Notes under the pieces: model-generated
Databases searched by the model: none
Told to the model about the DNA's origin: nothing
What the model saw: the letters and a program-made list of their open reading frames with translations, nothing else
Shown: one piece after another, positions 63,831-64,000 of the stretch
Layout: each line of letters begins with the position of its first letter
Position numbering within the stretch: the stretch's first letter is position 1
Source: the human T2T-CHM13v2.0 reference genome, Homo sapiens
Assembly: GCF_009914755.1 (NCBI RefSeq)
Contig: NC_060940.1
DNA length: 64,000 nucleotides
Direction: 5' to 3' (one strand)
Program-made: the position numbers and the translations under genes

Positions 63831-64000
63831 GAGTGGCAGGTCTTTTGACCCCCAGATCCAGTATACTGCACTATGTAGGCTCCAAATGGAGACCTCGTGG
63901 GAACGTTCCAAGGCTTTGTAAGCTCCTCGAGGCTATTTGCCCAGCGTGGTCAATGCCATTGCTGTGTTTACTGATAACACCCACTTCAGCTACACCTGCC

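Overview
Human genomic DNA (GC-rich, Alu-dense), recognisable as the chr16q21 KATNB1/KIFC3 locus. The + strand holds the last seven coding exons and 3' UTR of KATNB1 (katanin p80). The - strand holds the KIFC3 kinesin-14 gene, from a CpG-island first exon near 47.6 kb to a poly(A) signal near 3.39 kb. I reconstructed 18 GT-AG coding exons summing to 2502 nt (833 aa + stop). The tailed mirtron MIR6772 sits at an intron 3' end. The rest is intronic or upstream DNA with Alu, L1, MaLR LTR, MER2 and MIR/L2 repeats. I see no new multi-gene system. The most interesting signals are: (i) a pair of KIFC3 C-terminal micro-exons (34 + 29 nt) whose frames complement each other; (ii) an 81-bp tandem duplication that copies a motor-domain splice donor in frame; (iii) a hidden two-exon, 113-aa in-frame cassette in the large intron; (iv) an Alu-(A)n-5S rRNA chimeric retrocopy inside one 17-bp target-site duplication; (v) a candidate internal TATA/Inr promoter. 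Exon coordinates were read by hand; repeat boundaries are approximate.
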